Shown here: in pieces, positions 1 to 13,322 of the stretch
Position numbering within the stretch: position 1 is the stretch's first letter
How the letters are laid out: each line of letters starts with the position of its first letter
Notes under the pieces: model-generated
The model's input: only the letters and a program-made list of their open reading frames with translations
Told to the model about the DNA's origin: nothing
The model's database searches: none
NCBI GenBank assembly: GCA_002189035.1
Contig: CM007990.1
Coordinates: 310,001 to 374,000 of the forward strand
Source: Utricularia gibba
Lineage: Eukaryota > Plantae > Magnoliophyta
Reading direction: 5' to 3'
DNA: 64,000 nucleotides
Made by a program: the position numbers and the translations under genes

Positions 1-10
1 TATCTTGTAG

Positions 11-1700
11 GCTGTTATTAAGAGGCTGATGACCGATGTGCCATTCGGGGTTCTTTTATCCGGTGGCCTAGATTCATCGCTAGTTGCATCCGTTACTGCT
101 CGTCACCTCGAGGGAACAAAAGCAGCTGAACAATGGGGCAAACAGCTCCATACCTTCTGCGTTGGCCTTGAGGTCTGTGCTCTTATATAAGGTTGTAAGT
201 GGCTGCTTCTTCTAGCAGTTGATGCTAAACGCCTGATTGCAGGGATCTCCTGACCTGGAAGCTGCAAGAGAAGTTGCTAACTATCTGGGAACTCTGCACC
301 ATGAATTCCATTTCACTGTTCAGGTGAACTACTTATATATCTACTGAATCCAGCATGTTGTCATCTTGCTTGTTTCTTTGAGTAAGCTCAAGGTCATGTC
401 TCAGGATGGGATTGATGCCATAGAGGATGTCATCTACCACATCGAGACGTATGATGTGACGACGATAAGAGCGAGCACTCCCATGTTCCTGATGTCGCGC
501 AAGATCAAGTCTTTAGGGGTGAAGATGGTTTTGTCAGGGAAGGTTCTGATGAGGTCTTCGGAGGCTATCTGTACTTCCACAAGGCACCCAACAAGGACGA
601 GTTCCACCGCGAAACTTGCCACAAGGTACTGATAACAGGCGTTCTTAGGTCCTCCTGATCGCCTGTGTTTCCTTCTGGATATGATTCATGATCTGTCCGC
701 AGATAAAGGCACTTCATCAATACGACTGTCTTCGAGCAAACAAGGCGACTTCAGCCTGGGGATTAGAAGCCCGAGTCCCCTTTCTGGATAAGGAGTTCGT
801 GAGTGTTGCCATGAGCATTGACCCCGAATGGAAGATGGTAAAACACATGCTCCTGTTACACCAAGCAAGACGCCATTTTTGCAAAAAGGTTGCATCTTTG
901 ATCTCCTCCCTTTTCTGTAATAGATAAAGAAGGATGAGGGCCGAATCGAGAAGTGGATTCTACGGAGGGCGTTCGACGATGAGGAACGCCCATACCTTCC
1001 AAAGGTTCCCCCGGCTGCATATACATCCTGCTATTCTGTCATCTTCGCCACAATCTGACTGTGTTTTCTGCAACTGCAGCATATTCTGTACCGGCAAAAG
1101 GAGCAGTTCAGCGATGGTGTGGGCTATAGCTGGATTGATGGCCTTAAGGCTCATGCTCAGCGACATGTAAGCGTTCTGTCTCCTCGCGTTCCCCTGCTTC
1201 TTCTGTGAATACTCCTCTGTAAACCTTCTGATCCATACAGGTTACTGACAAGATGATGCTCAACGCTGCAAACATCTATCCCCACAACACCCCCATGACC
1301 AAGGAAGCATACTACTATCGGATGATATTCGAGAGATTCTTCCCTCAGGTAACTTAGAAGCCCAAATCCACAAGAGGAATGAATGGAATCACATGTTTTG
1401 GGGACATTTCTTTCCCCGCCAAACGGTGGATGACACCACTCTGATGATGATTTTCCGGTGCAGAACTCCGCCCGGCTCACGGTTCCCGGAGGTGCGAGCG
1501 TAGCGTGCAGCACACCAACCGCAGTGGCGTGGGACGAATCTTGGTCCAAGAACCTGGATCCATCAGGGCGAGCCGCCATCGGAGTGCACAACTCCGGGTA
1601 CGAAAAGCATTCGACTGCGGCTGCGGATGTGCCGGCGGTGATCATAGAGAATGTCCCTCTTGGGAATGGCCCAAGTCCCCCGCTCGCCATCAGAGGCTAG
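11..1700 (+). CDS. ASN: Asparagine synthetase (glutamine-hydrolysing), 3' portion; multi-exon; apparent 1-nt frameshift at 537-539
   Basis: GT-AG exons translate to [103 protein letters not shown] and [16 protein letters not shown]; stop at 1698-1700. The 5' exons lie outside the window. Confidence 0.97.
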
Positions 1701-2174
1701 CTGCTGCAGCACGGCGTAGAGCTACCAAATCAACCTCCATAGATTTGTATGAATAAAGTGCTCGTCTTCAGTTTGTTTTCTTGGTGTAATATAAATCAAA
1801 TGTTTTAATGCAAAAGAAATTTAAATAACGTGATCAGCAGTTGACGGCGATTTCTCGCCGGATCTCCTCCGCCTGACTCACGGTGCTCTCTCGCGTGGAG
1901 AGTTCTCGGTGTTCACCAGTTTGTTTCCTCTGTTTCGCTTGCGCTTGCGCTGGCGACCTACGACCAGATACTTCTCTGTTGGGATCAGGATACTTGTTTC
2001 TTGGAATAATTTTTTACTGTCTCGTTTGAACATTCATTCAGTTGGCACCATAATCACAATGTTCATAGAAAACAACGTTTTGAGGGAAATATGAAGCACT
2101 GATTCATGAAGTATCTACCTTCTCAGGTCACTTCTTCTGCTACTGAATCTATAGCCTTCACCATTCACCGGAAA

Positions 2175-3352
2175 TCATGGCTGGCTATGGCAGGGGAGGT
2201 GGTTAGGATTGTCCATCACCGGAGGATGTGCAGAGGACTCCCATCTGCATTCTTGGACAGGAAATGAAGCGATCGATGCCTTGGCTCTGGCAAGATCTGC
2301 ACGGAACTCCTCCTGGTCCAAAGGGTTTGCACCTGATTCTTCAAGATTGAGTCTTTCAGATGATTGTGACTGGTCCTTTCTCTTAGATATCTCATCAGCT
2401 ACTGCCTGCAAGTTTGGAAGTACAAATAGCAGCAGTTTTCACCGGTCAGATGGTAAGAGAATCAGAGAACGAAAACACAAAGTATGCTGAACAGACTCAG
2501 AGATGAACAGACCTGCAATAACCGCGAATCGAGCTTGGGAAGCCCAAGCTGCTCGACTGTGAGTGATCCAAAGAAGTTTCCCAACAAAGCGGCGGCAGCA
2601 ACCGGCAGTCCCTGAGCCAATCCGACGACAAGTCCGCCGAGAAAGCTGTCCCCGGCTCCGGTGGGATCAACCTGAACTGTAGGAAATGGAGAAATCTTCT
2701 GCTCTACATCCCTGGAGTAAATTGTGCACCCATCTTTGCCATTGGTGACCACTACACTGCAATTCTTCCTCGTGGACTCTACGTCAATGTAGGGGGCCTC
2801 GTCGGAGGAGGCTTTCAGGAACCCAATTCTCGGAACCAAATGATGGAATCCTGAATCTGACAAAGGGACGAGGCTCACAGTCCCATCGACGGAACTGAAA
2901 ACCCGAATCAAGGCCTGAGCATCCACAAAGAGGGTGTCGCAGATGTCGATCATCTTCTCTAATGTCTCCGGCAAGATTTCTCCGCCGACGCCTACGGCGA
3001 GGCCGAACTCGAACCGCTCCGAATCGGGAAGATCCGCTGGTGTTATGGGATCGCAGGCGCAAATGCGTCTGAGGACGCGATCTTGGCGGGTGACTCCGGA
3101 TGAAAAATCGGCATGAAATAGGGTTGTCCTGGAGGAAGGGCAAACCCGCGGCCGGTGTGCAACTGAATACGAGAAATCGGCACCCACTTTGGTCACGAAA
3201 TTGGAGGCCACGAAGACGCCGTCGAGGACGACGGAAATGAAGGCGGCCGCGCCGCCAATGGATTTCGCCAAAACGACACCGTCCTTCATCAGAACGTCGT
3301 GGCAGTAGTTGCCGACCACCAAACACGATGCGGGCTTCCGAAGATCCCCCAT
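2175..3352 (-). CDS. MIK: PfkB-family kinase, myo-inositol kinase (inositol 3-kinase); 2 exons
   Basis: ATG at 3352; LVVGNYCHDVL...SIGGAAAFIS N-terminus and PfkB signature VDPTGAGDSFLGG; intron 2512-2406. Confidence 0.88.
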
Positions 3353-4031
3353 TTTCCGAAGGCTACTGGAACCCAATTCCACGAATCGCCATTAAAACCC
3401 CTCTGGGACCTGGGTTTAGTCCGACACGTAGAGAAACCTATCCAAAAAGGTGGCGTGATGTTGGCGGTTCTCCCCCAAAGGAAAGAAATCAAATGCTTGA
3501 TCTGTCAAAACTTTGTTGGTCCAAGAGAACAATACATTCTCCCCATCTTCGACCTCCAACCACCCCAGATCGGAAAGATTCTCTGGAGTTATCGGATCTT
3601 TCGCATTGAAATCAGCAGCTGTAACGTGCAACTGCGGACGAGGGCCTGCGATCACTTCCCCCCTGATTAGTCGTCGGATGATCAGTTGATTATATTTAGC
3701 ATTCGAACCAGTTCTCAAAATGGAAACCCAGTTGGGTGCAACAGTTGCCACACTGACATGCAGACATTGGACATGAACGTGTGCAATTGCCCCTTGATGA
3801 CAATGCAGCAAAAACAACCAAAATCAGTCGCACCCGCCGCCGCAGGCCGGAGACCCATCCCGGCGCTAGCCGCCCAGATGCATCTTTCTAACAGGGATAC
3901 AAGATTATTGAAAAGAACAGAAAGAAAGGGTTGATCTCGAGGACCCCCATCAAAAAAGCAGAAATTTTTCAGGCTGGAGGGTTGCAATGGAATCAACCAC
4001 GTGGGATGCTAGCTCTTCTTCAGCGGCGGCT

Positions 4032-5880
4032 TCATGATTCGATATCCGGCGAACCCAACGGGAAGCAAGTCTCGGTGCCGCCGGTGCTCCATAGGAAATG
4101 CGCGTAATCCGCGGCGTAGAAGGAGCTCTCATCCCCTGCAGCCAGAGATTCCAAGAACGTCTCCTCAGCCGCCCAGATATCGTTCCTCGCTAACCAAAGG
4201 AATCGCGCGTATTTGTTCAATGCTTCTGCGTCCTTGGGCTCGATCTTCGTGGCTCTCTTGTAGTAGTCTTCGGCCCTGTTACACCAGCGAGCCACAGGTC
4301 AGAAACGATGATCAATATAACCACCACATGGCTTCCCACGGCGGCACCCCACATGATCTAGTACACTTCCAAACCCAAAAGACAATCAAAAACATGCTTG
4401 CTTTCTTTTCTAACGAATAAAAAGATGGGCTTTCCACCAAAAAGCCATCATCATTGCATTTCCAAGAAGAAAAACCCAAGATGATGCTCCCAAATTCAAC
4501 TAAACAAGCAATGACTCGAGAAGAAAATCCAAAATAGCAGGTACCTGTCAAAATCTTGAGCCACCAAGTAAAGAAACTGAGCGTAGTTTGCCAGGAGAAG
4601 AGGATTGTATGGATCTTCAGCCAAAACCATTTGGTATTGCAGCTCGGTCCTGAAATATTCTGGATGGATTTTGGGGTCCATAGGAGACAAAAGATGTTGC
4701 ATTTTATCTTGACCATTGTGTTCATCACTTGATTGAACCTGCATTTGCGAAGCCTCATCAACGGTAGATTTCCACAAGTTACTTTCCTCTTCCGAAGATG
4801 AAGATGCCTCCTCATCAGTAGCCCTCCTGAAGGGGTTGTTCCCAAGCAAGGATTCCTCATCAGGAGCAATCGTATGATGGTTACCGGATTTATCAAACCT
4901 ATCATCACCGTCAGTACTACTAGCAAATGGCCTGAAATTTCCACCGCCACCATCTCCGTTTCCTCCTATAGAAGTCGCCTTACCATTTACAGGCGACAAT
5001 GTGGACTTCCCAACAATCAAAGAATCTGAATTCGGCTTCATACCATGATCTTCCATTATAAACACTTCCTCTGAAGAGACTGTGTATTGTTGAACTGGGG
5101 CATTGCAGCTATAGCACCGGTGGTTGACATAGAATAAACACTATAATTTGCAAGAAGGATCATCACATAAACCATCAGCGTAGGAGTGTGGGAGAATACT
5201 TTCTGAAACAACCAAATAAAGGAGGCATGAATCTCCTTCTGAACATATGCCAAAATTCCCTGCAGGTCTTCATAAAAAAGCATCCCTCTCATTTGAAGAG
5301 TAAAGCTGTGGAGCTCACGGATTATGAACACCATGGACGAAAACGCCTTCTTCACTGAGCAGTAGGCTGTCTCCCCAGCTTGCACTAAACCTTGTTCCCA
5401 CAGTTTCCTTCGTTGCACAATCCCAGAAGAAAACGGATCATCACCAGAACTTGCCCTGCCCTCAATCTTAGGTGTCTCCAAGGGATCAAAAGGCTTCAAA
5501 TGATCTCGAAACTGTGCCTCACTACTCAAAGAAGTGGCATCATTATCAACCATGCGGGCAAACTCATCTATCCTTCTCTCGAACTCTTCATCCGAAGATC
5601 GATCCAAAGTCGCAGATACTGTCTTTCTGATTGCAGGAACTCGGGACACATCTCCCTTGCGAGATCGAGGCTGATGAAGCTTTGATAACATAAAGCCACC
5701 GTAAAATTGTGATGGCACCTCTGCATATCGGCATAGCAGAGCTCGGTCATCTCTGAAGAAGCTGAGTCTCTGGGACGATGGTGCAGATAAGGCGGAGGCC
5801 AACGTTTTAGAAGAAGAAGAAGGTATAGAAGCTGATGGCTGTGATAAGCCCAGAAAAGTTGCAGCAACTTGTAATTCCAT
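4032..5880 (-). CDS. Tetratricopeptide-repeat (TPR)-like protein; apparent 1-nt frameshift at 5097-5100; intron after 4544
   Basis: Conserved block SVKKAFSSMVFIIRELHSFTLQMR...FIWLFQKVFSHTPTLMVYVMILLANY; C-terminal TPR helices NPLLLANYAQFLY and AEALNKYARFLW...AADYAHFLW. Confidence 0.85.
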
Positions 5881-7418
5881 TTATCACAGAATCAAGAAAG
5901 GTTATGGTGGAAAAAGATAGGGGAATCAAAAGCCTTTCCGCTCCGAAAAAGCTAAAAAAAGTTGCAGACACCAACAATTTTCGGAATCGAGGTGAAAACA
6001 AGCTTCTTCTTCAACTCATACAGATAACTGCAAAAGAGATAAAGCACAAGAAACACATATTTCATTAAAAACGTAAACTTTAAGAACCACATCTCAAACG
6101 AAAAACCCAGTAAACTATAAACAGCCAACTCTGCTTCTAACCATTACACTCCCCTGCACCCAGGAAAACCTTGTACACCAAAAAATGGGCAACTCCAGGG
6201 GAACACCCACAAAAAACTGGGAAAAAGGGAAGAACCCAGAAGCTGGCAAGCAAACCCACCTCCATCGAAACGATCTTAGCCGCGTCACTGTTCATATGAG
6301 GGTGGCCAAATACGGCAACCATATCCTCACTCATCAGTATCAAAGGTTATGCACCCATGCCTTGAATGCCCAAACATCGAACGAAAATGGAAAAATCAAA
6401 ATCAACGATGGTATGAGACAGGAAGCATCCACCCCACCATCGGCACATTCAAAATCGCATTTTTATGGAAAAATGTCATAAATCGTCTTCCATTGTAGGG
6501 CCGAGCTGTTTTGTTTTCCTCTAATTCTTCCATTTTCTAACGTTGATCGCGACGGATTGGCGTCAAACATTAAGCAACAAGCCTGTTTCTGAAAAAATCT
6601 CCCTTACTTACTCCATTGCAACCCAATGGGCGCTGCCCGAACAGCCCGAGCCACGTTTCGCCTTGCCCGGCGTGGTCCTCCTTCACGGGCGATGACGAAC
6701 TCTTCCACGGAACCTTTCACGGCCACCCCGTGTCTCCCCCAAACAACACCGCCGAAGCTTCTCACCTTTTCATTAATTAGTAAATAGATTATTAAATATT
6801 ATTTACAATTAATTAAACTGACATGTGACAGAATCCTTTTCTTTTTAAAAAGAAAATGGGCTTTATTCCTTTTATGCTAACGTGGGCTGGCCCAGTACGA
6901 ATTGTCGGCCCATTTAGGTAAGATGTCCGACGTGGCGGTATCTAGAAACTTCCCTTGGCTTCCACTCGCTTATAAAGGCGCTCCTGGATGCCTGAAAGGG
7001 TACGTTACAGGGAGCTTGGGATTTCGACAGAGCAGTCGTCTTCAAGGTGCTTTCCGTTTTTGATTCGTTTTGTTTGTTTGTTTTATGCGGCGGCATATCT
7101 GGTTTTCCGATTTCATGTGTTGATTCTAGGGTTAGGTATCTGGTGATTGTAAGCAATTGCGTTTGTTTTTCATTAGGTCTTCGCTTTCGAATTTTTGAAA
7201 ATCGTTCTGGCTCATCGCTCTCCTGATATGAAAAAGAATTTGTTTCTGTCGCTTTCTTGGTTTGATTTTTTTCTCAGTTTTTCTCGCAATCGTATGGAAT
7301 GATGTTACACTAAAAGAGCCTGCAGCGTGGCCCTGTTTCTGATTTCATTTCTCTTGTGTTGGACGCGTACGTTACTTATGGAGTCTGATGCTGATTTGAA
7401 TGATTATATTGTAAGCAG

Positions 7419-9080
7419 ATGTCGTACTCCAGGCGCTCAAGGTACTCCCGTTCGCCATCACCCCGCAGTCGTCGCTCAGTGTCGAGTTCTATCTCGAGGA
7501 GCAGGTCAAGGTAACGCTTCGGTATCTGTGACCGCAGTTTGTGTGTCGCATGTAGTTTCCCCTCCAATTCTCATTAGGAGTACGCTGCAGGAGTCGTGAT
7601 TCAAGTGACGCTGAGAATCCTGGGAATAATTTGTATGTAACGGGTCTATCTGCTCGAGTCTCTAAGAGGGACATTGAGAAGCATTTTTCATCTGAAGGAA
7701 AGGTAATAGCTGACGCCTTCACCCGCTGTTTGTTTGAGTTACGAGCCATTTTTTACCATAATCAAATGCGCTTGCTCTGCTCTGGCGTTCCAGGTTGTGG
7801 ATGTCCATCTTGTTGTTGATCCATGGACCCAGGAGTCTCGTGGTTTTGGCTTTGTGACCATGTCAAATTTGGAGGAAGCTGAGAGATGCATCGAAAAATT
7901 GGACCGTTCGGTTCTTGAAGGGAGGGTCATCACCGTCGAAAAGGTAATGTAGAAACTCAGATTTGTAGTTGTCTCCCGCACTCTCTATTGAATACATGTA
8001 TATATGTTCTTCACCTTGGCTACTGAAGTTGAAAGTTATACTTCCTTCCTGAAGTTTCTGTGACAGAAGGATGTGTAGCAGCTCTTCACCAAACTAACAA
8101 ATCGAATCAAATTCTACAAGCAAATATTTCAGAGGGTTGTATGCCCTGCATTTCCCTTGTTTCTTTAATAGCTGCAATCGTATTAGCATTCAGCTTTCGT
8201 GCGTTTTCTTCATGCAAGCTATAAACATCACTGGCTGATGGGTATGCCCTTTTACTCACAAATGTGTGTTCACTTTGCAGGCTAGAAGGAAGAGGGGCAG
8301 AACTCCTACGCCTGGGAGGTATCTTGGGCTGAGGACGGGCCATGGTGTGCCACTGCTTTCTCTAGGATTTTCTGTCTCCTGCGTTCCCCTCCTACTTGAC
8401 ATTACTGATAATGATGTTATTGGGTTCGTGCAGGTCGCCGCCGATCGGCCGACTACTCGAGAAGCCGGTCTCCGCGATATTCATCCGAAAGAGACCGGAG
8501 CCGCAGCAGGTCGCACTCCCCAAGTTATCGCCGCCGAAGATCACCATCTCCATACTCAAGACGACGCAGTAGGTCGTATTCCCCATCTGAGAAACGAGGG
8601 CGGTCGTACTCTCGGTCTCGCTCGCCTTCATACAGCAGATCCCCGGTGCCCCGCAGGAGACGGGATCGTTCTTACACTCCTGATGACAGAAGCTCATACA
8701 GAAGGCGTCACGGAACCTCAAGAGACCACTCTCCCGATGACAGATACTACAGAAGCCGGTACCGTATTTCAAGGTACTATTCCCCTGATGACCACTACCA
8801 CAGGAGAGAAAGATACCGGAGCAGCGTCTCCCCCAGTCGGAAGCACCACCGCCGTTCCCGTAGAAGCTACTCGCCGAGCATCTCAAGGAGCCGCTCGCGT
8901 AGCGCCTCCCCAAGATACAGGAGCCGCCCCCCGAGCGCCTCCCGTTCTCCTGCGCGGCGGAGGAGCAGGTCCATCAGCACCTCCAAGAGACGTTGCTCCC
9001 CCGACCCCTCTCGCGACAGCCGTTCCTCGCGAAGCCACTCCAGGAGCCCCAGCTTCTCCTCGACCAGCCGATCTCGTTAG
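7419..9080 (+). CDS. SR45a: Serine/arginine-rich splicing factor SR45a (Tra2-like; RS-RRM-RS)
   Basis: MSYSRRSRYSRSPSP start; RRM NPGNNLYVTGLS...SRGFGFVTM...LEGRVITVEK|ARRKRGRTPTPGRYLG; long RS tail ending at TAG 9078-9080. Confidence 0.92.
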
Positions 9081-9815
9081 ATCTGGTTCCAAACGTCCAA
9101 CAACTGTCTGCATGCTAGTTGATCCTCAGTGTTCCGGTTTAAGAACCATAGTCACTGTAGCGTCGTAATCCTGTACTTGAATTCTCCGATGGCCTCTGTA
9201 GTGAAGGAATCGCCGGGTAGGGATGGGGGAACTGTTGGTGCTGGACACAATTAAATGGCCGAGACCACAGAGCCACCACGCCTACACCGTGGCCGTCACC
9301 ACTCAACACGGCCGGCCATCTTGCAATGCAATAATAATGCAGCAGCAGCAGTAGTAGTAGTACTGGTTACTCAGAATGAAGCCACTCTCCCCGTCTGCAT
9401 AAGGCGAGTGTGTTCAATGCAGAAGGAGATGCTCCTTCCTTCCCTTTTCAACTCCGAGTTAGTTATAAAATTGCAGTCAGCTCGTGCCTTTATCTTAACT
9501 TGAAGCTCTGTCCATGAAAAAACCAGCCAGCAGTTCGTGGTGCCTGAGGGAGGAGGAGGTGTGAAGCGGTTAGTGATGGTGCCTGTGTCCTAATATGTTC
9601 GAGAGCATTTTTGTCTGAGCCGCCCGTGCGGTCGCTATCCGGACCCTAGGACCTGAACACTGTCTAGGCTTGGCTGCTTCTCTAATTTCTTTTCTTTTTC
9701 TTTTGTTGGTTTGTGTCCCGTGCACGCTGTTGTTTCTGTTTTTTTTTTTCTACTTGGCTGTAACGGGATTATCAATTACCATGATTGTTCGGCAAGAGAA
9801 CGGATCCAGGGGCGG

Positions 9816-11161
9816 ATGTGGCCGCCGGCGCGGCGGCCATCCTCGTGCTGCCGCCACCCTGAAGCGCCTATTTCTGGAATTTGCGCTGCCTGCCTCCGGG
9901 AACGCCTCAATGGCCTCGATATTTCCACCGTGGCGGCGGCGGAGATGCGCCGCTGCAGGTCGGTTGTCTCACGATCCATATACGAGGGTTCTTCACAGGA
10001 AGTGCGTCGCAAGTCTTGCGACGTGATCTCCTCTCGGAGTTCTCTGGGTGAGCTTTTCGGGGCGGAGGATTCGAGGTGTGGTTCCGAGGGTGAGCCGAGG
10101 AGGGTTGATTCGAGCAATGCTGGGGTTGCTAAAGCCTCTTACCCGGTGGTTGAATCTAAGCTGGAGAATCACGATTGCACTGGGGGAGTGAATGACAGGT
10201 TGGAGCAGGTATCGAATTCTGGTGTGGTGACGGTGCTGGGGAAGATGAAGAAGGAAAATTCAAGACAATGAAAGAGTTCATAGATCTTGAAGTTAACAAG
10301 AGAACTCGGATATCCATGGATTTGAGGGAAATAGCTGGGAGTCTAGTTGGGGTTGCTTCAATTGTCAGTAAGAAACTTCTGAAGTGGAAGAAGAACAAGA
10401 CTGAAAATAGCAGAGAGGGAACCGAAGCTCCAGGGAAAAGTAAAAATCTCAAGTTCTTTCATTACCGGCAAAAGCTTAGAGAAAGCCATTCTCCCATTGT
10501 TGGAGCAAGAAGATCTTGTGAATATACAGGTTCAATTTTTCCATTGGAAGCCGTCAGAATTTCCCTGGAGCAACCCAGGGCTTCATTGGATGGGTATATG
10601 ATTGCTAGGACAATTCCTAGGCTAACGCCAATGTTTTCCATGGTTGATGATGGGATTTGGGACAATGCCACTTGGTTTGAGCAACATAGGATGTCCAACG
10701 AAGGGACAATGCATTCCATCCCAGAGGAAAAGGGCAGCTCGAGAGCTTCTGGATCCAGCCTCTTGAATTCTGATTCATCATCCTCAATGCAGCGGAGTAG
10801 CATTGATCGTTCCACTTCTGTTCGGAGTTTTGGGAAGAAGGTGATGGGATATGATGATTGTGGTGCATCTCCTGCAAGTGTTAAGTTGGTGATCACCGAG
10901 AAGGAGCTGAAAGATTGGAACTTGAGCACAAAAGCTTCAGAAAAGGTGTCTGGTGACACTGCTGCTGTTGCTGCAACAATTGTTCCGTGCGATTCACACA
11001 CTTCAATCAAAAAGCCTGTTCCATGGCGTCAAATATGTAAGTCGCTTGGTTTTCGAGTTAAGAACGGAGAAGCATTTCCAGGAAGAGGAGGTGTTCATTC
11101 CATGGATCCTTCAACTAACATCCATGTGAAGAAGAAGGCTGATGACAATGCACATCTATAG
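9816..11161 (+). CDS. DUF740 / OCTOPUS-like protein, single exon; apparent 1-nt frameshift at 10238-10241
   Basis: N-terminal CCRHP...GICAACLRERL, then RRKSCDV, KTMKEFIDLE, RRSCE...PRASLDGYMI and RSSIDRSTS motifs typical of the OPS family. Confidence 0.85.
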
Positions 11162-11382
11162 TTGGAGCATTCATATCATTGAGCCAGTCTAGGGAGCACC
11201 TATAGAGGAACTATACGGGTTTGAATCATCTTTCAGAAGCTACACACACTTTTCTCTTTCGTTCTTATTGTCTTTTCATGTGTATATCATGTGAACTGCA
11301 AGCCAGTGCTGTGTGGCAATAAAGAAGAAACAACTTGTTTGGTATGTTGGAAAATCAGTTGGTACAGGTTGGATATTCCTTA

Positions 11383-13322
11383 CTACTGAACATTCATGAC
11401 TGGCTTTTTGTACGTATACCAGCTGGAGACGAACAGGAACACTATCAGGTTGATGACACTCAGCACAGCCAGCAGATAGAAGAAGTAGTCGATATGGCCG
11501 TAGTTCAAGTTGTCTGGTATCCACCCAGGCTTTCCTCCTCGAGTGCTGATATCGGTCACGATTGTCACCATTAAGGTGCTCAAGTAGTTCCCCAGAGCCA
11601 CTGTGGTGAGTGAAAGGGCGGAGCACAGACTTCGCATGGCATCTGGTGCTTGCTCGTAGAAGAACTCTAGCTGTCCGATGAAGGTGAACACTTCTGAACA
11701 TCCAATGATGAAGTACTGTGGAACTTGCCAGAAGATGGAGAATGGAACTTGCTCATCGTAGGCATTGTGCCTTGCGACATATCTCAGCCTGATGAGCTCC
11801 AGGATCCCAGCTGACACCATAGAGAAGATGGAGATGAACAACCCGGTTCCCATTCTCTGCAGCTGAGTTAAGCCATTCTTGTGGCCTGTGAATCTTCTTG
11901 TGACCGGAACAATGATTCTGTCGTAAACAGGCACCCAGAAGATGACGCTCAAGGTGTCGAAAATGCTCAGTGATGCTGCCGGAATTTTGAAGGATGAGTT
12001 CCCCAGCTGAGGATTCATCGTCATGCCTTGGAGCACGAACAGTGTACCCATTTGGCCGTACACCGTGGAGAAAGTTATTCCGGTAGCCCAGATCGGAAGC
12101 AGCCTTATTATGGCCTTCAACTCCTCCACCTGAGTTACTGTGCAGAGCCTCCATGGACTTGGTTTCTCCTTCACCTTGTCATCAGACACCACAACAGCCG
12201 CTCTGTCGAAGAATCTGCGTCATGGTAAAGGCAGTTAGGATGTGACATCAAAGGAGACAGATGCTCAGGCAGGCAGGCTTACGAAAGATCCTTGGTATGC
12301 TCAAGCTTCCTGCTTCCGACAATGGTGGACTCTGCATCTGCAGTTTCGTATAACTGACCGGCATCTTCAGGGAGCTGGACCTTCAACTTTCTGAAAGACG
12401 CCACTACCACTTGACAGATTCTAGTCAGAGGACTTCCACTCGGTCTCTGGTGTCGATAAAGGCGTGTCCCGCTGAAGAAGGAAATCACAGCCACCCCCAT
12501 AACCACCGCCGGAATCCCGAATCCCCATTGCCAGTTAACGTTCGTCTGCACCCAGACGAGCACAGAAGACGCCACCAGTGCGCCGATGTTGATGGAGAAG
12601 TAGAACCAGTTGAAGAAAGAACTCTTATGCTTCTTCTCCTTTGGATCACTGTCGTCAAACTGATCAGCTCCGAATGAAGAAACACATGGCTTTATCCCAC
12701 CTGTTCCCAGGGCAACCATGTAAAGAGCTATGAAGAAAACTGCTAGCTGCGTCCCTGTCGCATGGCAGATACCGTCTTCGCAGTTCTCTGGCTTTATCCC
12801 TGGTATGGATGCTGATAGCGTCAACAGAGTCATTCCCTGAACACACGATGCCATATTCAGTCTTCAAGAGAAGCTTCAGTATCAGACGCTGACTGAGCAC
12901 AAGAAACTCACCAGAGCATACAGGATGGAGAAGCACAAGATGGTCCAGAATCGACCGACTAAAGCATCTGCAACGAAAGCTCCGATCAACGGGGTGATGT
13001 AGCAAGTGCCTGACCAGTTAGTCACACTCTGGGAAGCAACGGAACTATGCTGTCCCAACTTGGTCTTGAAGTAGACCACCAGATTTGAACTCATCCCATA
13101 GTATGCCAATCTTTCAGAGCACTCATTCCCTGTGCCAAATCCCAGAAACCTCAGTACACCAAATCACTGGAAACCACAGCAGGGAAACAAGGAAAAGGGA
13201 ACAGAAACATCACCTAGAATGAAGGGGCAGGCTCTCCATCTCCCAGTAGTCTTCTTCTTCGCTGGATTGCCGTGGATGTCCACGGTTCCATCCTTTGTGT
13301 ACATGTCATCTTCTTCATACAT
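11383..13322 (-). CDS. NPF8: NRT1/PTR family peptide transporter, NPF8 (PTR1-like); 4 coding exons
   Basis: [14 protein letters not shown]...WRACPFILG|[11 protein letters not shown] (ExxER motif), [45 protein letters not shown]. Confidence 0.95.

Noticed and set aside
1840-2100. GC-rich patch between ASN and MIK as an snRNA or other ncRNA (ATACTT motifs)
   Set aside because: It does not continue as U1 (ATACTTACCTGG) or any RNA I recognise; probably UTR.
8266-9168. 300-aa alternative-frame ORF and antisense ORFs over SR45a
   Set aside because: These are a by-product of the low-complexity RS-coding sequence and have no recognisable motif.
9255-9600. 82-aa ORF and short ORFs between SR45a and the OPS-like gene as a small peptide or miRNA locus
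   Set aside because: No CLE, DVL or RALF-type motif, no recalled miRNA match or clear hairpin; it includes a simple (GCA)n(GTA)n repeat.
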